Part shown: positions 37,099-48,447 of the stretch, piece after piece
How the letters are laid out: the number at the start of each line of letters is the position of its first letter
Numbering within the stretch: the first letter of the stretch is position 1
NCBI GenBank assembly: GCA_963667015.2
Contig: CAXXJJ010000001.1
Span: 1,920,001-1,984,000 of the forward strand
From: Desulfatiglandales bacterium
GTDB lineage: Bacteria > Desulfobacterota > DSM-4660 > Desulfatiglandales > HGW-15
Reading direction: 5' to 3'
Length of the DNA stretch: 64,000 nucleotides
The notes under the pieces: generated by a model
The model's input: the letters and a program-made list of their open reading frames with translations, nothing else
Told to the model about the DNA's origin: nothing
The model's database searches: none
Translations under genes and position numbers: made by a program

Positions 37099-38780
37099 TG
37101 TTTGTGCTTATCCGGATCCATTGGGACTTTCACAGTAAAACAGCTTCCTCCACCCTGTCTTGGAGCATATGAAAGGCTTCCGCCCATGTCCTCCAGGATT
37201 CTTCTGGCAATGCTCAATCCCAGACCTGATCCCTGCTTTGTGGCAGTCAAAGAGGTATCAACACGGTGAAATTTTTCAAATATCTTATTTCTGTCTTTTT
37301 CAGGAACCCCCGGACCTCTGTCTTCTATCCTGATTTCTACAGCTCTTTCGCCGGCTTTTGAGAATAAAGATATTTCTCCGCCAGTGCTGGCGTATTTGAT
37401 GGCATTGTCCATAACATTCAGGATAACCTGCTCCATGGCATCGCGATCTGTTTTTACAGTAATACTTTCATCAGGAATATTTAAATGGGATTCCATGCCG
37501 GCATCTTTTATCCTTGGTTTGTTAAATTCAAATGTCTCCAATAATAATGGCACCAGCTCGATCTCTTCCATATTATACGTCTTTTTGCACTGCTCGATGC
37601 GGCTGAAATCCAGCACATTATTGACCAGCCTCGTAAGGCGCCGGCTCTCCGATACTATTATTCCCAGATATTTATTTTTTTTATCCTGATCATTGACCCT
37701 CCCATCAAGCAGGAGCTCTGCAAACATGCGTATGCTCGTAAGAGGGGTTTTGAGTTCGTGTGATACATTGGAAACAAAGGATGTCTTTTGCTGTGCATCA
37801 ACCATATTCTGTTTGGCATGTCTCATCAGTAGAAAACCGCCCGAAGCTATTGCCGCAATAAAGATAAATAAAAGCAGACATGCAATGATCATAAATTCAT
37901 TTCCTGACCCTGTCGAAATGTCCTGACCATCAGTATAAACCGCGATTGCCCAGTGGGGAAGGTAAGGCGCGAGAGGAACCGACAGGAGAGGTTTTATATC
38001 CTGACCAATAATCATGTCTCCGGCCTGGTGAAGCAGGCGGCCTGAGTCGTCAATAATTGCATAGGCCGATTGCCCATCCCGGGCTTGCGGGAAGTTGTTA
38101 ATCAGCCGTGACAGCAGGGTCATCAATTCAAGTTCAACACCATATACCGGAGCATCTTCATTCTTTTTCACCCATCCGAGAATATAAAGCTTGTTTTCTG
38201 CAAACCAGGGCACCCACCCGCCGGATGAAGTAGCTTCCTCTTGAACTCCGGCTGCTTTTGTTTCTCTGTAACTGTTGCTCTGGGCAATTTTCAGGAGCTC
38301 ATTTTTACTGCTTTTAATCTTAATTATATCCTGAACAAGGCTGCTCTCCTGTTCGCCGGTAATGTCCCGGTTTAGAGACGGCCATGGAATTCTGCCGGAG
38401 AATAATCCCTCAAAGCGTGAAATGAAATTTCGCTCTTCAGATGTGGATACCAGGCCTTTCTCCGGATATAGCAGACCTCTGCCTTTGTCCCATATAAAAA
38501 CATTTCTTACGAGAGGATTGTTTTCTTCCCAATCAAGCAGGGTTGCCTGTATATTGTCCTCATAGATATCCAGGAGTGAACGGGTTAATTCATCCTGGAC
38601 CGCATCGATTGTTACCTGAATGGATTCTCCTATCACCCTTGCGCGGTCTTCAACAGCAGAGACTGAAAGCCGGTTGATGCGCTCCTGTTCGTGATAAAGA
38701 AGCCTGTATGCTGCGCTGCTGATTATTATTGCAGGAATAAGAATCAGCAGCCAGTATAATAGGATGGATCGTTTTGCCAT
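37095..38780 (-). CDS. Sensor histidine kinase
   Basis: SHELKTPL H-box, N/G boxes, 2 TM. Confidence 0.95.
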   Translation of the reverse strand: MAKRSILLYWLLILIPAIIISSAAYRLLYHEQERINRLSVSAVEDRARVIGESIQVTIDAVQDELTRSLLDIYEDNIQATLLDWEENNPLVRNVFIWDKGRGLLYPEKGLVSTSEERNFISRFEGLFSGRIPWPSLNRDITGEQESSLVQDIIKIKSSKNELLKIAQSNSYRETKAAGVQEEATSSGGWVPWFAENKLYILGWVKKNEDAPVYGVELELMTLLSRLINNFPQARDGQSAYAIIDDSGRLLHQAGDMIIGQDIKPLLSVPLAPYLPHWAIAVYTDGQDISTGSGNEFMIIACLLLFIFIAAIASGGFLLMRHAKQNMVDAQQKTSFVSNVSHELKTPLTSIRMFAELLLDGRVNDQDKKNKYLGIIVSESRRLTRLVNNVLDFSRIEQCKKTYNMEEIELVPLLLETFEFNKPRIKDAGMESHLNIPDESITVKTDRDAMEQVILNVMDNAIKYASTGGEISLFSKAGERAVEIRIEDRGPGVPEKDRNKIFEKFHRVDTSLTATKQGSGLGLSIARRILEDMGGSLSYAPRQGGGSCFTVKVPMDPDKHKQ

Positions 38781-38856
38781 GGATTGTATGTTTTCGTTTT
38801 ACTTATATTTGCTGATAATTACCACAATTACCGACATGTAGCAATCAGCGTAATAA

Positions 38857-40227
38857 TTATTCCTTCTCTATCTGCTGATTTTTCATCTGGTATGATTTTG
38901 ATCTTAAAATTTTTCTCTGTTTCTTGCTCATACCTTCCTCTTCAATGGTCTTTGCCTCCTGTTCCATTACTTCGGCTTTCTCAATCATTTCCGGCATTAG
39001 ATTATCATGCCCGAATTTCTTCAACTTTTGAGCTGAGGTTTTCAGGATTGTGGCAGCGTCATCCTGTTTGCCTTCATCAGAAAGAGTTATTGCCTTTTCC
39101 TGTGCTATTGCATTTTCCATAAGGTACAATTCTTTTTGGACTGGAATATTCGCAGATTTTTCTACGATTCTCATATCGTCACTGAATATCGCATTAGCCA
39201 TTCCCTGTGATATCTCTTTTTTCTGGGTATATGAATTTATATAGGAAATCTCTGCCCTGGCTATTTCCATATCCTGTCCGGTTTTACCTGCTGGAATCGC
39301 TACTTCAACAAGTGCATACTTTTCCTGCCCCCCATAGAGCTGGTTCAATGAAAGTTCAACATTTTGCCCTCTGATCCTGCCGTCTCTTCCGATAATTCTA
39401 ACTGGTTTGACATCCCCGGGGCATTCAATAATAACTTTTACCCTTTTGGCTACCACATCAAGAACATCACCCAGTTCTGCAGTAAATATCCTGGGCAGAT
39501 CACGGCTGGATTCAACAAAATATGTATTCCCGTCACTGTTTTGAGAAAGGCGGGCCATGAGATCCTCATTATAATCAGTCCCCACACCTATAGTTGTAAC
39601 TGCAATGTCCTCTTTTAACAGGGCTGCTCCCAGGCGCCCAAGTTCTTCAGGAGAACTTGGGCCGACATTGGCCAGTCCGTCAGAAAGGAGTATGATACGG
39701 TGAATATATCCGCCCCCAAGATTTTTTCTTATCTCTGAAGCCCCCTGACTCACCCCTCCAAAAAGGGCGGTGTTTCCCCCGGGCTGGATTGTGTTAATCC
39801 TTGATTCAATCCATTCAATATTTCTTGCACTCTGGGCTGGTACAACCGTCTGGACATTATGATCATAGATAACAACAGAGCATATATCTCCGGAATCCAG
39901 ACGACGCAGTGCCTCAATGGCCGCCTCTTTCGCCTTTTCTATCTTCTGCCCTGACATTGATCCGGATCTGTCAAGAACAATAGACAGGTTTACCTTTGGT
40001 CTTTCAGATGGGCGGATTCTATCATATGGTTTTTCTGCATCTAATGTAACTTTTACAATAACCTTCTGTGGATTCTTTGCCGGAAGTACATTTCTGTCCA
40101 GTTCGACCCTGCATTTTACCGGGTCTGCAGTACCTTTTGCAGTAGATATTGAGCTGTAAGCCATAACACCGGCAAGAAAGGTAACTGCCATTAACCACAA
40201 CATGTGCCCTGTTTTATTCAATTTCAT
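38857..40227 (-). CDS. Secreted VWA-domain protein (YfbK-like)
   Basis: DRSGSM MIDAS, LLSDGLANVG. Confidence 0.9.
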   Translation of the reverse strand: MKLNKTGHMLWLMAVTFLAGVMAYSSISTAKGTADPVKCRVELDRNVLPAKNPQKVIVKVTLDAEKPYDRIRPSERPKVNLSIVLDRSGSMSGQKIEKAKEAAIEALRRLDSGDICSVVIYDHNVQTVVPAQSARNIEWIESRINTIQPGGNTALFGGVSQGASEIRKNLGGGYIHRIILLSDGLANVGPSSPEELGRLGAALLKEDIAVTTIGVGTDYNEDLMARLSQNSDGNTYFVESSRDLPRIFTAELGDVLDVVAKRVKVIIECPGDVKPVRIIGRDGRIRGQNVELSLNQLYGGQEKYALVEVAIPAGKTGQDMEIARAEISYINSYTQKKEISQGMANAIFSDDMRIVEKSANIPVQKELYLMENAIAQEKAITLSDEGKQDDAATILKTSAQKLKKFGHDNLMPEMIEKAEVMEQEAKTIEEEGMSKKQRKILRSKSYQMKNQQIEKE

Positions 40228-40288
40228 TTTATCCCTCCTTTTTAAATGTCAAAGTTTAATGACATTTTACAGGGTCTGTATAAAGAGT

Positions 40289-40330
40289 TGTCAGGGGCAG
40301 GTAAAACTTATGTAAAAAAGTTGTAAAAAG
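40289..40330 (-). promoter_or_regulatory. Four direct repeats at 11-bp pitch (OmpR-type sites)
   Basis: gtcagg 40290, gtaaaa 40301/40312/40323. Confidence 0.6.
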
Positions 40331-40345
40331 AAAGGAAATAAAAAA

Positions 40346-40370
40346 AGGGCGAATAATTATTCGCCCCTGC
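40346..40370 (-). repeat. REP-like hairpin/terminator
   Basis: gggcgaataattattcgcccctgc. Confidence 0.6.
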
Positions 40371-40384
40371 AAAAAAATGATATG

Positions 40385-41566
40385 CTATTGGAACAACTGC
40401 GGTGCAAACTCATTAAGGTATTCACGCCAGTTGGCCCATGTATGACCCCCGCTTGATTCTTTATATACAGGTGAAAAGCCATGTCTTTTAAGCATTTCTA
40501 CAGATGCTTTTGATGTTTCTATGAGGAAATCTTCACTTCCGGTTGCAAACCATAACAGTTTTAATCCTTTTTTAAGGTTTTTACTGTCCAGCATATCTTT
40601 GTGCTGTTCTTCCCAGTTTGGGGAATCAGACTGACCCTGCATATTTCCGCCCATTCCGAATATACCAGAGCTGAAAACTCCGATATAAGAAAACCTGTCA
40701 AGGTCTGACATTGCTATTTCCAGGGTCTGCATTCCACCCATGGACAGGCCTGCTATAGCACGATCCTTGCGTGTCTTGAGTACACGATAATTGCTTTCAA
40801 CATAGGGCATTATATCTTTTGTGAAATCTTCTGAGAACTCATCAACCATACCCCGGACACCTCCACCCATGCCGAAGTTTTTTGTTGTATGTCCTGCGGG
40901 CATAACCACAACCATGGGCTTTGCTTTTTTTCCTGCAATCAGGTTATCCATTATGAAGCCTGCACGGCCCACAGTGGTCCATGAATCATCACAATCCATG
41001 GCGCCGTGTAAAAGATAGAAGGCAGGATATTTTTTATTGTCAGCCTCATATCCCGGGGGAGTATATATATGCATGCGGCGAAATCTTTTTAGTGATTTTG
41101 AGTAGTAGTTGATCTCTGCTACCGCACCATGAGGGATCCGCTTTATATCCATAAAGTCAGCGCCGGGAACGTAAACCATGCTCCAGACATTGTTGTTGGA
41201 TTCGCTTGTAGATGTGTTGCTGGGATCAACAACCGAAGCTCCATCCACTGTAAATACATACCTGTAGGCCCCGGGTACCAGGGGGCCTGCAGTCGCTTCC
41301 CAGACTCCATCTTTATTTTTTGTAAACGTCAGATCATTCGGCACCATACCGCTCATATCCGAGCTTTGCAGGCCGACCTTGATGGCATCCGGTGCCAGTA
41401 TCCTCAAAACAATTTTACCATCAGGCATAACTTCAGGAGAATTTACTGGTACCATCTGAGGCCCTGCAGGTTTTTTTGCCTGGGCAAAGACAACAGCAGA
41501 CGCGAATAAAATCGTCATAGCTGCCATTAAGACAATAATAGTTTTAAATGGATTTCTAAGTGCCAT
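40385..41566 (-). CDS. Secreted esterase (CBM48-like + Fes/YieL-type hydrolase)
   Basis: AGLSMGG, YTPPGY, GGHTWANWR. Confidence 0.9.
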   Translation of the reverse strand: MALRNPFKTIIVLMAAMTILFASAVVFAQAKKPAGPQMVPVNSPEVMPDGKIVLRILAPDAIKVGLQSSDMSGMVPNDLTFTKNKDGVWEATAGPLVPGAYRYVFTVDGASVVDPSNTSTSESNNNVWSMVYVPGADFMDIKRIPHGAVAEINYYSKSLKRFRRMHIYTPPGYEADNKKYPAFYLLHGAMDCDDSWTTVGRAGFIMDNLIAGKKAKPMVVVMPAGHTTKNFGMGGGVRGMVDEFSEDFTKDIMPYVESNYRVLKTRKDRAIAGLSMGGMQTLEIAMSDLDRFSYIGVFSSGIFGMGGNMQGQSDSPNWEEQHKDMLDSKNLKKGLKLLWFATGSEDFLIETSKASVEMLKRHGFSPVYKESSGGHTWANWREYLNEFAPQLFQ

Positions 41567-41714
41567 AAAATCTCCTCCTGATTTTTACAGTGTTGCCAAT
41601 AAATGCGAATCGTTCCTGTTTTGCCGGTAACGTCTATAAATATATAATATTCGATAACTCAACAGGTTTGTCAATCGATGCCAGCGGGAGAGATCTGAAA
41701 TGCCGGGATATTTT

Positions 41715-43121
41715 TTACCAGTAACTCTGCAATCCCTTATGGGGGGCCTCCATAGAGTTAATCTTTGACCATTTATCCGAATCCGGTATTGACCGTTCAG
41801 AAGGAGATTCCTTCAGGTATCTATCTTTAAAGATTTGAATCTCTTCTCCGGTAATCTCAACGTCAGGAAGGGCACGCCACCTTTCAGCCGTTATTTTTTT
41901 CCTGCCATTCAGACGGACTTCCTTGAATACATTCCTGTAGGAAGCTGAAGAACTGAGAGTCGAGTCAAAATAGGAGAGGGTGCCAGATAATTGTTTATCT
42001 AAATATTTCAAGACAGAACCTGTGAATGAAAATTTCATGGATTTGGGTTCATAGTATACTGATGACTCAGGTTCTCCATCTTCTTTCATTCTTGATGTTA
42101 TCCTGCCCACCTCTTCTTTTGTTAATTTAACTGAAAGACTCCTTATAAATCCAGCGCCGGTGATCTCCTCATGTGGTTTCAGCAGGCAGGGAGCAGATCG
42201 CTGACGTGACCGGATTCTCTGAAAATTGTTTCTGTATACAAAGGAGCAGTAATTGATCGGCAGCCTGATATCTGACTCAACTGCAAATTTAATAGTTTTC
42301 AGCGCAGCAAGTTCCGATTCCAGTACTGTCGCATCCTGGCCATGAAGAAAGGTATATCCCCTCTCAATGAATTTTTTATAATTATATGAGGTGCAGCGGA
42401 GCTGATGAAGGTTAAGGAATTTGACGCCGCTTTCAAGCAGTTGCGGGAGAAGACTGCATAGTAGATCATGATCTTCAGGTACTGCAGGAATTTCTACAGT
42501 TACAGTAGGAATATACCGGGATGCAAGCATTACCTTTTCAAGATTATAGTTCTGGGCAAAAAGGTTCAGCCTGATTTCGTTAAGACCCGCGTCTTTTAAT
42601 TTTTTCAGGTTTTCTTCAGTTAGGAGAATTCCATTAGTGTAAAGCCATTTATGGATTTTATCTTCAAATCGTCTTTGTACCGCAGAAAGAAACCTGGTGG
42701 ATCTGTCAATGGTTAACAGTGGTTCTCCACCGCTTATGCTGACTCCCTTTATCCCAAAAGCTGACAGGTAATCCAGATAATCGTGAGGAGAAGTAAACTG
42801 GAGTGCATTTGTAACAGGTTCTCCAAACTCTGTTTGTTCGGAAGGACAGAAAAAGCAGTGTCCGTTGCATTTTCCATTTATAAAAAGACAGGACCATGTT
42901 CCTTCGCCGCAGTGTCTGCATCCCGGCGATATATCCATGTAATATGGCTTGGTCCCATTGTAACCGAAAGACAGGCTGTCCTTTACAGCGCCAAAAACAG
43001 CAGAACGCTCAGCCTCTGCTGCTTCAGCTTCTTTATCAGAAATCCATTTAAAATTACGATATTCTTCACCGTATTTTTTTTGAATCGCTTCGACGATCCT
43101 ATTCTTTTCATCATCTTTCAT
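41715..43121 (-). CDS. Radical SAM protein
   Basis: CNGHCFFC, SGGEPLL. Confidence 0.9.
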   Translation of the reverse strand: MKDDEKNRIVEAIQKKYGEEYRNFKWISDKEAEAAEAERSAVFGAVKDSLSFGYNGTKPYYMDISPGCRHCGEGTWSCLFINGKCNGHCFFCPSEQTEFGEPVTNALQFTSPHDYLDYLSAFGIKGVSISGGEPLLTIDRSTRFLSAVQRRFEDKIHKWLYTNGILLTEENLKKLKDAGLNEIRLNLFAQNYNLEKVMLASRYIPTVTVEIPAVPEDHDLLCSLLPQLLESGVKFLNLHQLRCTSYNYKKFIERGYTFLHGQDATVLESELAALKTIKFAVESDIRLPINYCSFVYRNNFQRIRSRQRSAPCLLKPHEEITGAGFIRSLSVKLTKEEVGRITSRMKEDGEPESSVYYEPKSMKFSFTGSVLKYLDKQLSGTLSYFDSTLSSSASYRNVFKEVRLNGRKKITAERWRALPDVEITGEEIQIFKDRYLKESPSERSIPDSDKWSKINSMEAPHKGLQSYW

Positions 43122-43273
43122 ATGAAAACTCTAATTGTAAAAAAAATAGCATGCACCACAGGAGAAATTGAGGGTTTATGGCACAGTTAAAGGTCCGAAG
43201 GACCTGTTCCATTCATGGGCAGAATGGAGGGTGAGATTAAGTATCACAATAAATTTGGGATGAAAAGCAATTT

Positions 43274-44203
43274 CTACTCCAGTGGAGGATCTCCATCAAA
43301 ACCTCCTGACGGATTAAGAAAAATCTTCCCCGGCTCTCCGGGCAGGGGAAGAAGCCAGTCCGGGCTGCTGTGTGGAAAAAGCAGTCTGGCCTGCCATTGT
43401 ATAGCAAAATCTTCAGCCTTCATGGCCGGGTATTTTTTATATATTCTTTTTACCATCTCTTCTGCTGATTTTGCGGTACTGTATACCTCCTCATAGTTAT
43501 CAAGATACTCAATAGACCAGTCGACACAGTCCGTATAGGAACTTGATTGATCCTTTTGAACTGCATCCATTATACGGATCTTTTCTTCATCACAATGACC
43601 CGGGATAATTATTCTCGGGTCAAAATCCTTTAGCCGGGCAATATCTTTTCTCCATTTGGAACGCCTTTTAACATTGCTTTCAATAGACCATAAATGACAG
43701 TCGTGAAACGCTATGTCTGTCGCACAGACAACACCAATAGAGGGTACCCATACAACAGAGTTGTTTATGCTGTCACCCTCCTAGCCATCCGAAAGGATGA
43801 TCTCCTCACCTTCCAGTTCAAGCCCTGGCTCAGCAAGGGGCATGGGTATTGTGGTAGCTTTCGGGATTTCTCCCGGTCCGAACCGGTCTATTGCCCACAT
43901 ATCAATTTTGTCGTTTGACGTGAAAACAATATCTTTTACAACGCTTGGAAGTGCTACAATTTTTGCATCAGGAAAGGCAAATTTGAGCACTGCCAGCCCG
44001 AAATGGTGATCAGGATGAAAGTGAGAAACATAGATATGGGTCAGCCTTTTTCTCATCGGCAGGATCTCGGATACCATCCGATGAGAGTCGCTCATGATCT
44101 GAGATGCATCAATCAGTATTGCATCCTCTTCACCATATAAGAGTGTGGAGTTGCTGTTAAAACCCAGATAGCTGTGAAGAAATACCTTGAATTTTAAAGC
44201 CAT
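43274..44203 (-). pseudogene. MBL-fold metallo-hydrolase with in-frame TAG
   Basis: SHFHPDHH; single TAG at 43781-43783, frame continues EGDS...IIPGH into the 98-aa ORF. Confidence 0.85.
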
Positions 44204-44408
44204 GATATTTTCCCTCCTGAACAGGGTTGGTAACAAAATATGATATCTCTTTTTAACAGTATACATAAGGTCCTGTAAAGAAAAAGACCTCATAAAAGAT
44301 TGCATGATTTTACTGTCATTGCAACTCCCCTGGGACTGAAATGATTATTTCCGGTTAATAATTATATACAAACTTGACTAACCGCGGTAAGGCTTTATCT
44401 TAGGAAAC

Positions 44409-44678
44409 ATGGAAACAAAAATATCAACTATCCCCAGCGAAAACGTTTTCTTTCTCCTGATCGGGGTGCTTTTTTTTAGTTCCCTGATTCTATTGGGTAG
44501 TTGGGGCTATGTATCCGGTGATGTTTTGATGTTTTCATTCGTGGCATTTATTCTTTCCATTACCGCTGTATTTTTCAAAAAGACGGCTGTTTTAAAATCT
44601 CATCGAGTCAGACAAATATATCAGCCCATGATATCCCGAAAGGACCTTACACACCGTAATGATCCTTTGCTGATGTAA
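44409..44678 (+). CDS. Small membrane protein
   Basis: Two TM. Confidence 0.55.
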   Translation: METKISTIPSENVFFLLIGVLFFSSLILLGSWGYVSGDVLMFSFVAFILSITAVFFKKTAVLKSHRVRQIYQPMISRKDLTHRNDPLLM

Positions 44679-44736
44679 GTCACCACATTTCTTTCCATAA
44701 AAATCATCAATAATTTTTTAAATCCGGAGGAAAACA

Positions 44737-45534
44737 ATGGATCATGAAATCTCTCGCATTATTCTGGCATTAATATTAACCGGTCTTGTTATATTTGCAT
44801 GGAATTATTATCGGTCTGTGTATAGCAGTAGAACTTCAGAATCGGCACCTGTCATTCAGAAGGAAGAAAAAGTGGAAACACAAAAGGCAGATATTCGAAA
44901 GGATCTATCAATCTATAAAAACTGCGGTCCATTAAAAATAGTAGTCTTTCCTTTATATAAGACGCTGGAATACATAAACAGTAAAATAAATAATCCCGGT
45001 ATAGCACTGATTCTTTTCACCCTGATAATCCGGTTACTGATAATGCCGTTAAATATTAAACAGATCAAGAGTTCAAAAAGTATGGCAGGTCTGAAGGATG
45101 AAATTGAAAAAATTAAAAACAGGTATAAGGACAACCCGCTGGAAATGCAAAAGGCCGTTGGGAATTTTTTTAAAGCGAAGGGTATCAACCCATTCGGAAG
45201 CATAGGAGTGGCGGTAATTCAGATTCCTCTATTCATTGCCCTGTATAAAATAGTACGTGAAGCTGATTTTTTTTCAGGAGCCCCTTTAGGACTGTGGATT
45301 AATGATCTTGGTGCTGCTGACCCGTATTATATCCTGCCTGTTATTACCGGTTCTATGGTGTTCCTCGGGACAAAATTTGCAGATAGTACAGCGGTTCAGA
45401 TGCCGAAATGGACAATATATCTTTTACCTGTCATATCTATTGTTTTCCTTTGGAATCAACCCGCAGGTCTTGCACTGTATATTATGGTTGGAAGTGTGTT
45501 TCAGCTTGGTATGAATTTTATGGTCTACAGGTGA
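44737..45534 (+). CDS. yidC: Short YidC/Oxa1 family insertase
   Basis: GIALILFTLIIRL, QIPLF, LWINDLGAADPYYILP, PAGLALY. Confidence 0.8.
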   Translation: MDHEISRIILALILTGLVIFAWNYYRSVYSSRTSESAPVIQKEEKVETQKADIRKDLSIYKNCGPLKIVVFPLYKTLEYINSKINNPGIALILFTLIIRLLIMPLNIKQIKSSKSMAGLKDEIEKIKNRYKDNPLEMQKAVGNFFKAKGINPFGSIGVAVIQIPLFIALYKIVREADFFSGAPLGLWINDLGAADPYYILPVITGSMVFLGTKFADSTAVQMPKWTIYLLPVISIVFLWNQPAGLALYIMVGSVFQLGMNFMVYR

Positions 45535-45547
45535 TTTTATTTAGGTT

Positions 45548-46057
45548 TCAAACCCGTCTCTTATCTTGAGTTAAAATCAAAATAAAATAAGCCGTTATGG
45601 TGCCTGCAAGTATGGCAGCAAGATCATATAGGTCGAATGTCCCCTTTTTAAAATAGCCCTCAACCGCCTCAAGAAAGGGAATTCTTTTAAACCATTCAGG
45701 CACTGCTTTTATAAAAAAGGAACTGTATTTCTGGCCGAATTCAAATAGGCAGTCAACAACAAGCCAGGATAAACAGATGATATGATACCCCTTTTTGCCG
45801 CATGAAATAATTCCTGCTGTTATCAGGATGAAAGACAGGGGATGTATAAAATCAGGCAGGTAGTTTCCCAGCGGTCCAAAAAATGCCGGAAGGGTCTTAT
45901 GTAAAGTTTCTATGGTTCTATAGTGGTTAAAGAAATAAGTATGCTCAGGCGGACGATCGATCAGGTAGACAAGTGCTCCAATCAGAAGAAAAAGTATACC
46001 CAGTAATATCTGCAGCCGGTTAATGCTGCAGGTCTGTTTATTTAGATTATTACCCAT
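45548..46057 (-). CDS. Hypothetical membrane protein
   Basis: LPDFIH, EFGQ, GTFDLYDL. Confidence 0.7.
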   Translation of the reverse strand: MGNNLNKQTCSINRLQILLGILFLLIGALVYLIDRPPEHTYFFNHYRTIETLHKTLPAFFGPLGNYLPDFIHPLSFILITAGIISCGKKGYHIICLSWLVVDCLFEFGQKYSSFFIKAVPEWFKRIPFLEAVEGYFKKGTFDLYDLAAILAGTITAYFILILTQDKRRV

Positions 46058-46196
46058 AAAATAGCATTCTGCTGCATGATAATATGTACTGTTGACACTC
46101 TCTATCTATCTGCCTGTACTTCATTCATTAAGAAACCAACCTTACTATCTACCACATTAAAAAGGAGAAAATCAAATGCGAAGAGTATCGGAATAG

Positions 46197-46355
46197 GGTA
46201 ATGGTAATCCCGAAAGGAAGGCGGTCCTTGATTCCTATGGCTATTATGAGGAAGAGATGGAAAAGGTGAACGGACAATGGCTGTTCACTAAAAGGATTAT
46301 CTACAACGAACAGATGGCCGAATGGATTGGATCCAGGAAAAACCCGGCCTGGTAA
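46197..46355 (+). pseudogene. C-terminal remnant of SnoaL/NTF2-like gene
   Basis: GYYEEEMEKVNGQWLFTKRII without N-terminus. Confidence 0.55.
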
Positions 46356-46458
46356 TAAAATCTTTAAAAAATATTTACAGAAAATTAAATATATGTTTTA
46401 TATTAAAAAATATTTGATCCTAATGAGACCTATAAAGCCATTTTATTCAGGAGGAAAA

Positions 46459-46725
46459 ATGAAGAAGTTATTATCTGTTATTGTATTGTTAATGTTGCTT
46501 AGTGGCTGTGTTACGTCAACCGGAGGAGAAACCATCACCACTGCAGTTATAAGAGGCGTCACAATTCATGTGACCGACAGCAGTAATACAGTCCAGGAGA
46601 AACTTGGAAAACCTGATGAATTGTCCGGAACCAGGTGGTATTACAAAGGAACGCAAGGTGAACCTACATATATCCTGATCATGGATGGTTCTGTTCAAAG
46701 CATATTAAAAGTAGAATCAAAATAA
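46459..46725 (+). CDS. Small lipoprotein
   Basis: GGAGG RBS, MKKLLSVIVLLMLLSGC. Confidence 0.75.
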   Translation: MKKLLSVIVLLMLLSGCVTSTGGETITTAVIRGVTIHVTDSSNTVQEKLGKPDELSGTRWYYKGTQGEPTYILIMDGSVQSILKVESK

Positions 46726-47237
46726 ATTAATAAGCAGATTCTTCTGCAAATTCGGACAGGTTAAATTTTTCTTTGAATCATATAACCTGTCCATTTTTTT
46801 GATTCTTATTATTCCCGCCTGGACCTGCCCGTCGATTCCTCGCTAATTTTTATCCATTAAAGTTTTTTACATTTTGGGTGTTCCATATTAAATCTCGCTT
46901 CCGACTCATACTTAATAAAAAAGATATCCTAATGCAGGAATGGCAGAAAATATAAGACAAAAACTGATTTTAAAAGAGAAATATCTACAGATATCAGTCA
47001 GTTTTGCCGATGTTTGTGTTTGAATCATTTGGTTGTTTTATTGAATACTTACCGGCGTCCTCAGTAGCTATGTCATGGGCCTGTACCTTCACTAGCTGCA
47101 CCCAGTCCAACCGCCTTATGAAAAGTTCCTAGTTGAGTAGCCTCAATCTTATTAATAAGTTTAGCTGTTTCCCAGCTGCCTTCCTATCAACTTCAAAAAA
47201 TATTCGCAGCCGTGAAGAAGCGGTGCCTATTGAAAAG

Positions 47238-47609
47238 ATGAGAGGAAATGAAACAGTTCTGATAGTTGATGACGTTGTGGAGCAACGGCAGATTGCATCT
47301 TTAATCCTGCAAAAAATGGGTTAATCGGTTGTAACACTGGCGAGCGGTGAAGATGCGGTGGAATATATGAAAAATCATTCAGTAGATCTGATTATTCTTG
47401 ATATAATAATGGACCCCGGCATTGATGGTCTGGAGATATATAAGAGGATTCTTGAATTTCGTCCTGATCAGAAGGCGATTATTGCAAGTGGCGATTCTGA
47501 ACCTGATCGCGTCCGTGAAGCACAGAAGATAGGTATCCGCGCCTATATTAAAAAACCCTATTCTGTGGAAAACATCGGGCTGGTAATAAGGGCCGAGCTT
47601 GATGAATAG
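47238..47609 (+). pseudogene. Receiver-domain remnant of hybrid kinase
   Basis: GNETVLIVDD...MG*SVVTLASGE...LDIIMDPG; in-frame TAA at 47322. Confidence 0.8.
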
Positions 47610-47642
47610 CCAACAGGTCAGGCTGACCTGAGAATTTTGTTG

Positions 47643-48074
47643 TTATTCCTGTATCCTATCCAGCCGTGCTTCAAGCATTTCAACCTTATCTATTTTGCCC
47701 AAATGTTCATTACATTTAACCATGTTTTCCAGTATGCTTGCCAGTTGCGGGTTATCTTTTCCCAGGTGTTCTTCCGCAATTTTAAGAGACTTTTCGTACA
47801 GCTCTTCTGCTTTTTCATACTGACCCTCGGAAATATATAATAATGCGATATTGTTGAGAGATACTGAAACATAGGGATGTTTTTCCCCGTATGTTTTTTC
47901 AGCTACACTCACTGCTTCTTTGGCGACCTCGATGGCCTCAAGGGTCTTTCCGCTCTTGTACAGTGTCTCAAGCTTTTTATTAAGCTTGTTATACAATTCC
48001 GGCTGTGCATTAGCAACCAGGGTAAAAGAAGTAGCCAGAATAATCATCAGTAAAAATTTTAGTAATGTTCTCAT
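47643..48074 (-). CDS. Secreted TPR protein
   Basis: HPYVSVSLNNIALLY...AEELYEKSL. Confidence 0.85.
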   Translation of the reverse strand: MRTLLKFLLMIILATSFTLVANAQPELYNKLNKKLETLYKSGKTLEAIEVAKEAVSVAEKTYGEKHPYVSVSLNNIALLYISEGQYEKAEELYEKSLKIAEEHLGKDNPQLASILENMVKCNEHLGKIDKVEMLEARLDRIQE

Positions 48075-48447
48075 TTCCCTATTCCTCCTTATTAATATTA
48101 TTTTTAAATGTCACTGTTGTAACTGTAATAAAAGGTAAATGATTTAAGATGCGTTTGCTTTTAAAATATATGTAGAGATTCAGGATAATATCCATTATCG
48201 CATTGAATCGTAGATCTTATTACCTAAAAAGATTATTAGTTTAGACAGGGCTCCTGATAAAACCAATATCAGGAGCAGGGTATGCATAATTTTGGTTGTA
48301 TCTCCATCTTTAGTCTCCTCTGTTAAAGATTCTTGATTACAACCTCAATTAACCGAAATAACTATAACTCTATTTCATAGATTTGTGAAGTGTTATTTAT
48401 AACTTGCGCAACAGGGTTCTTTATGTATTTAAAAGTGGAAATAGTAA

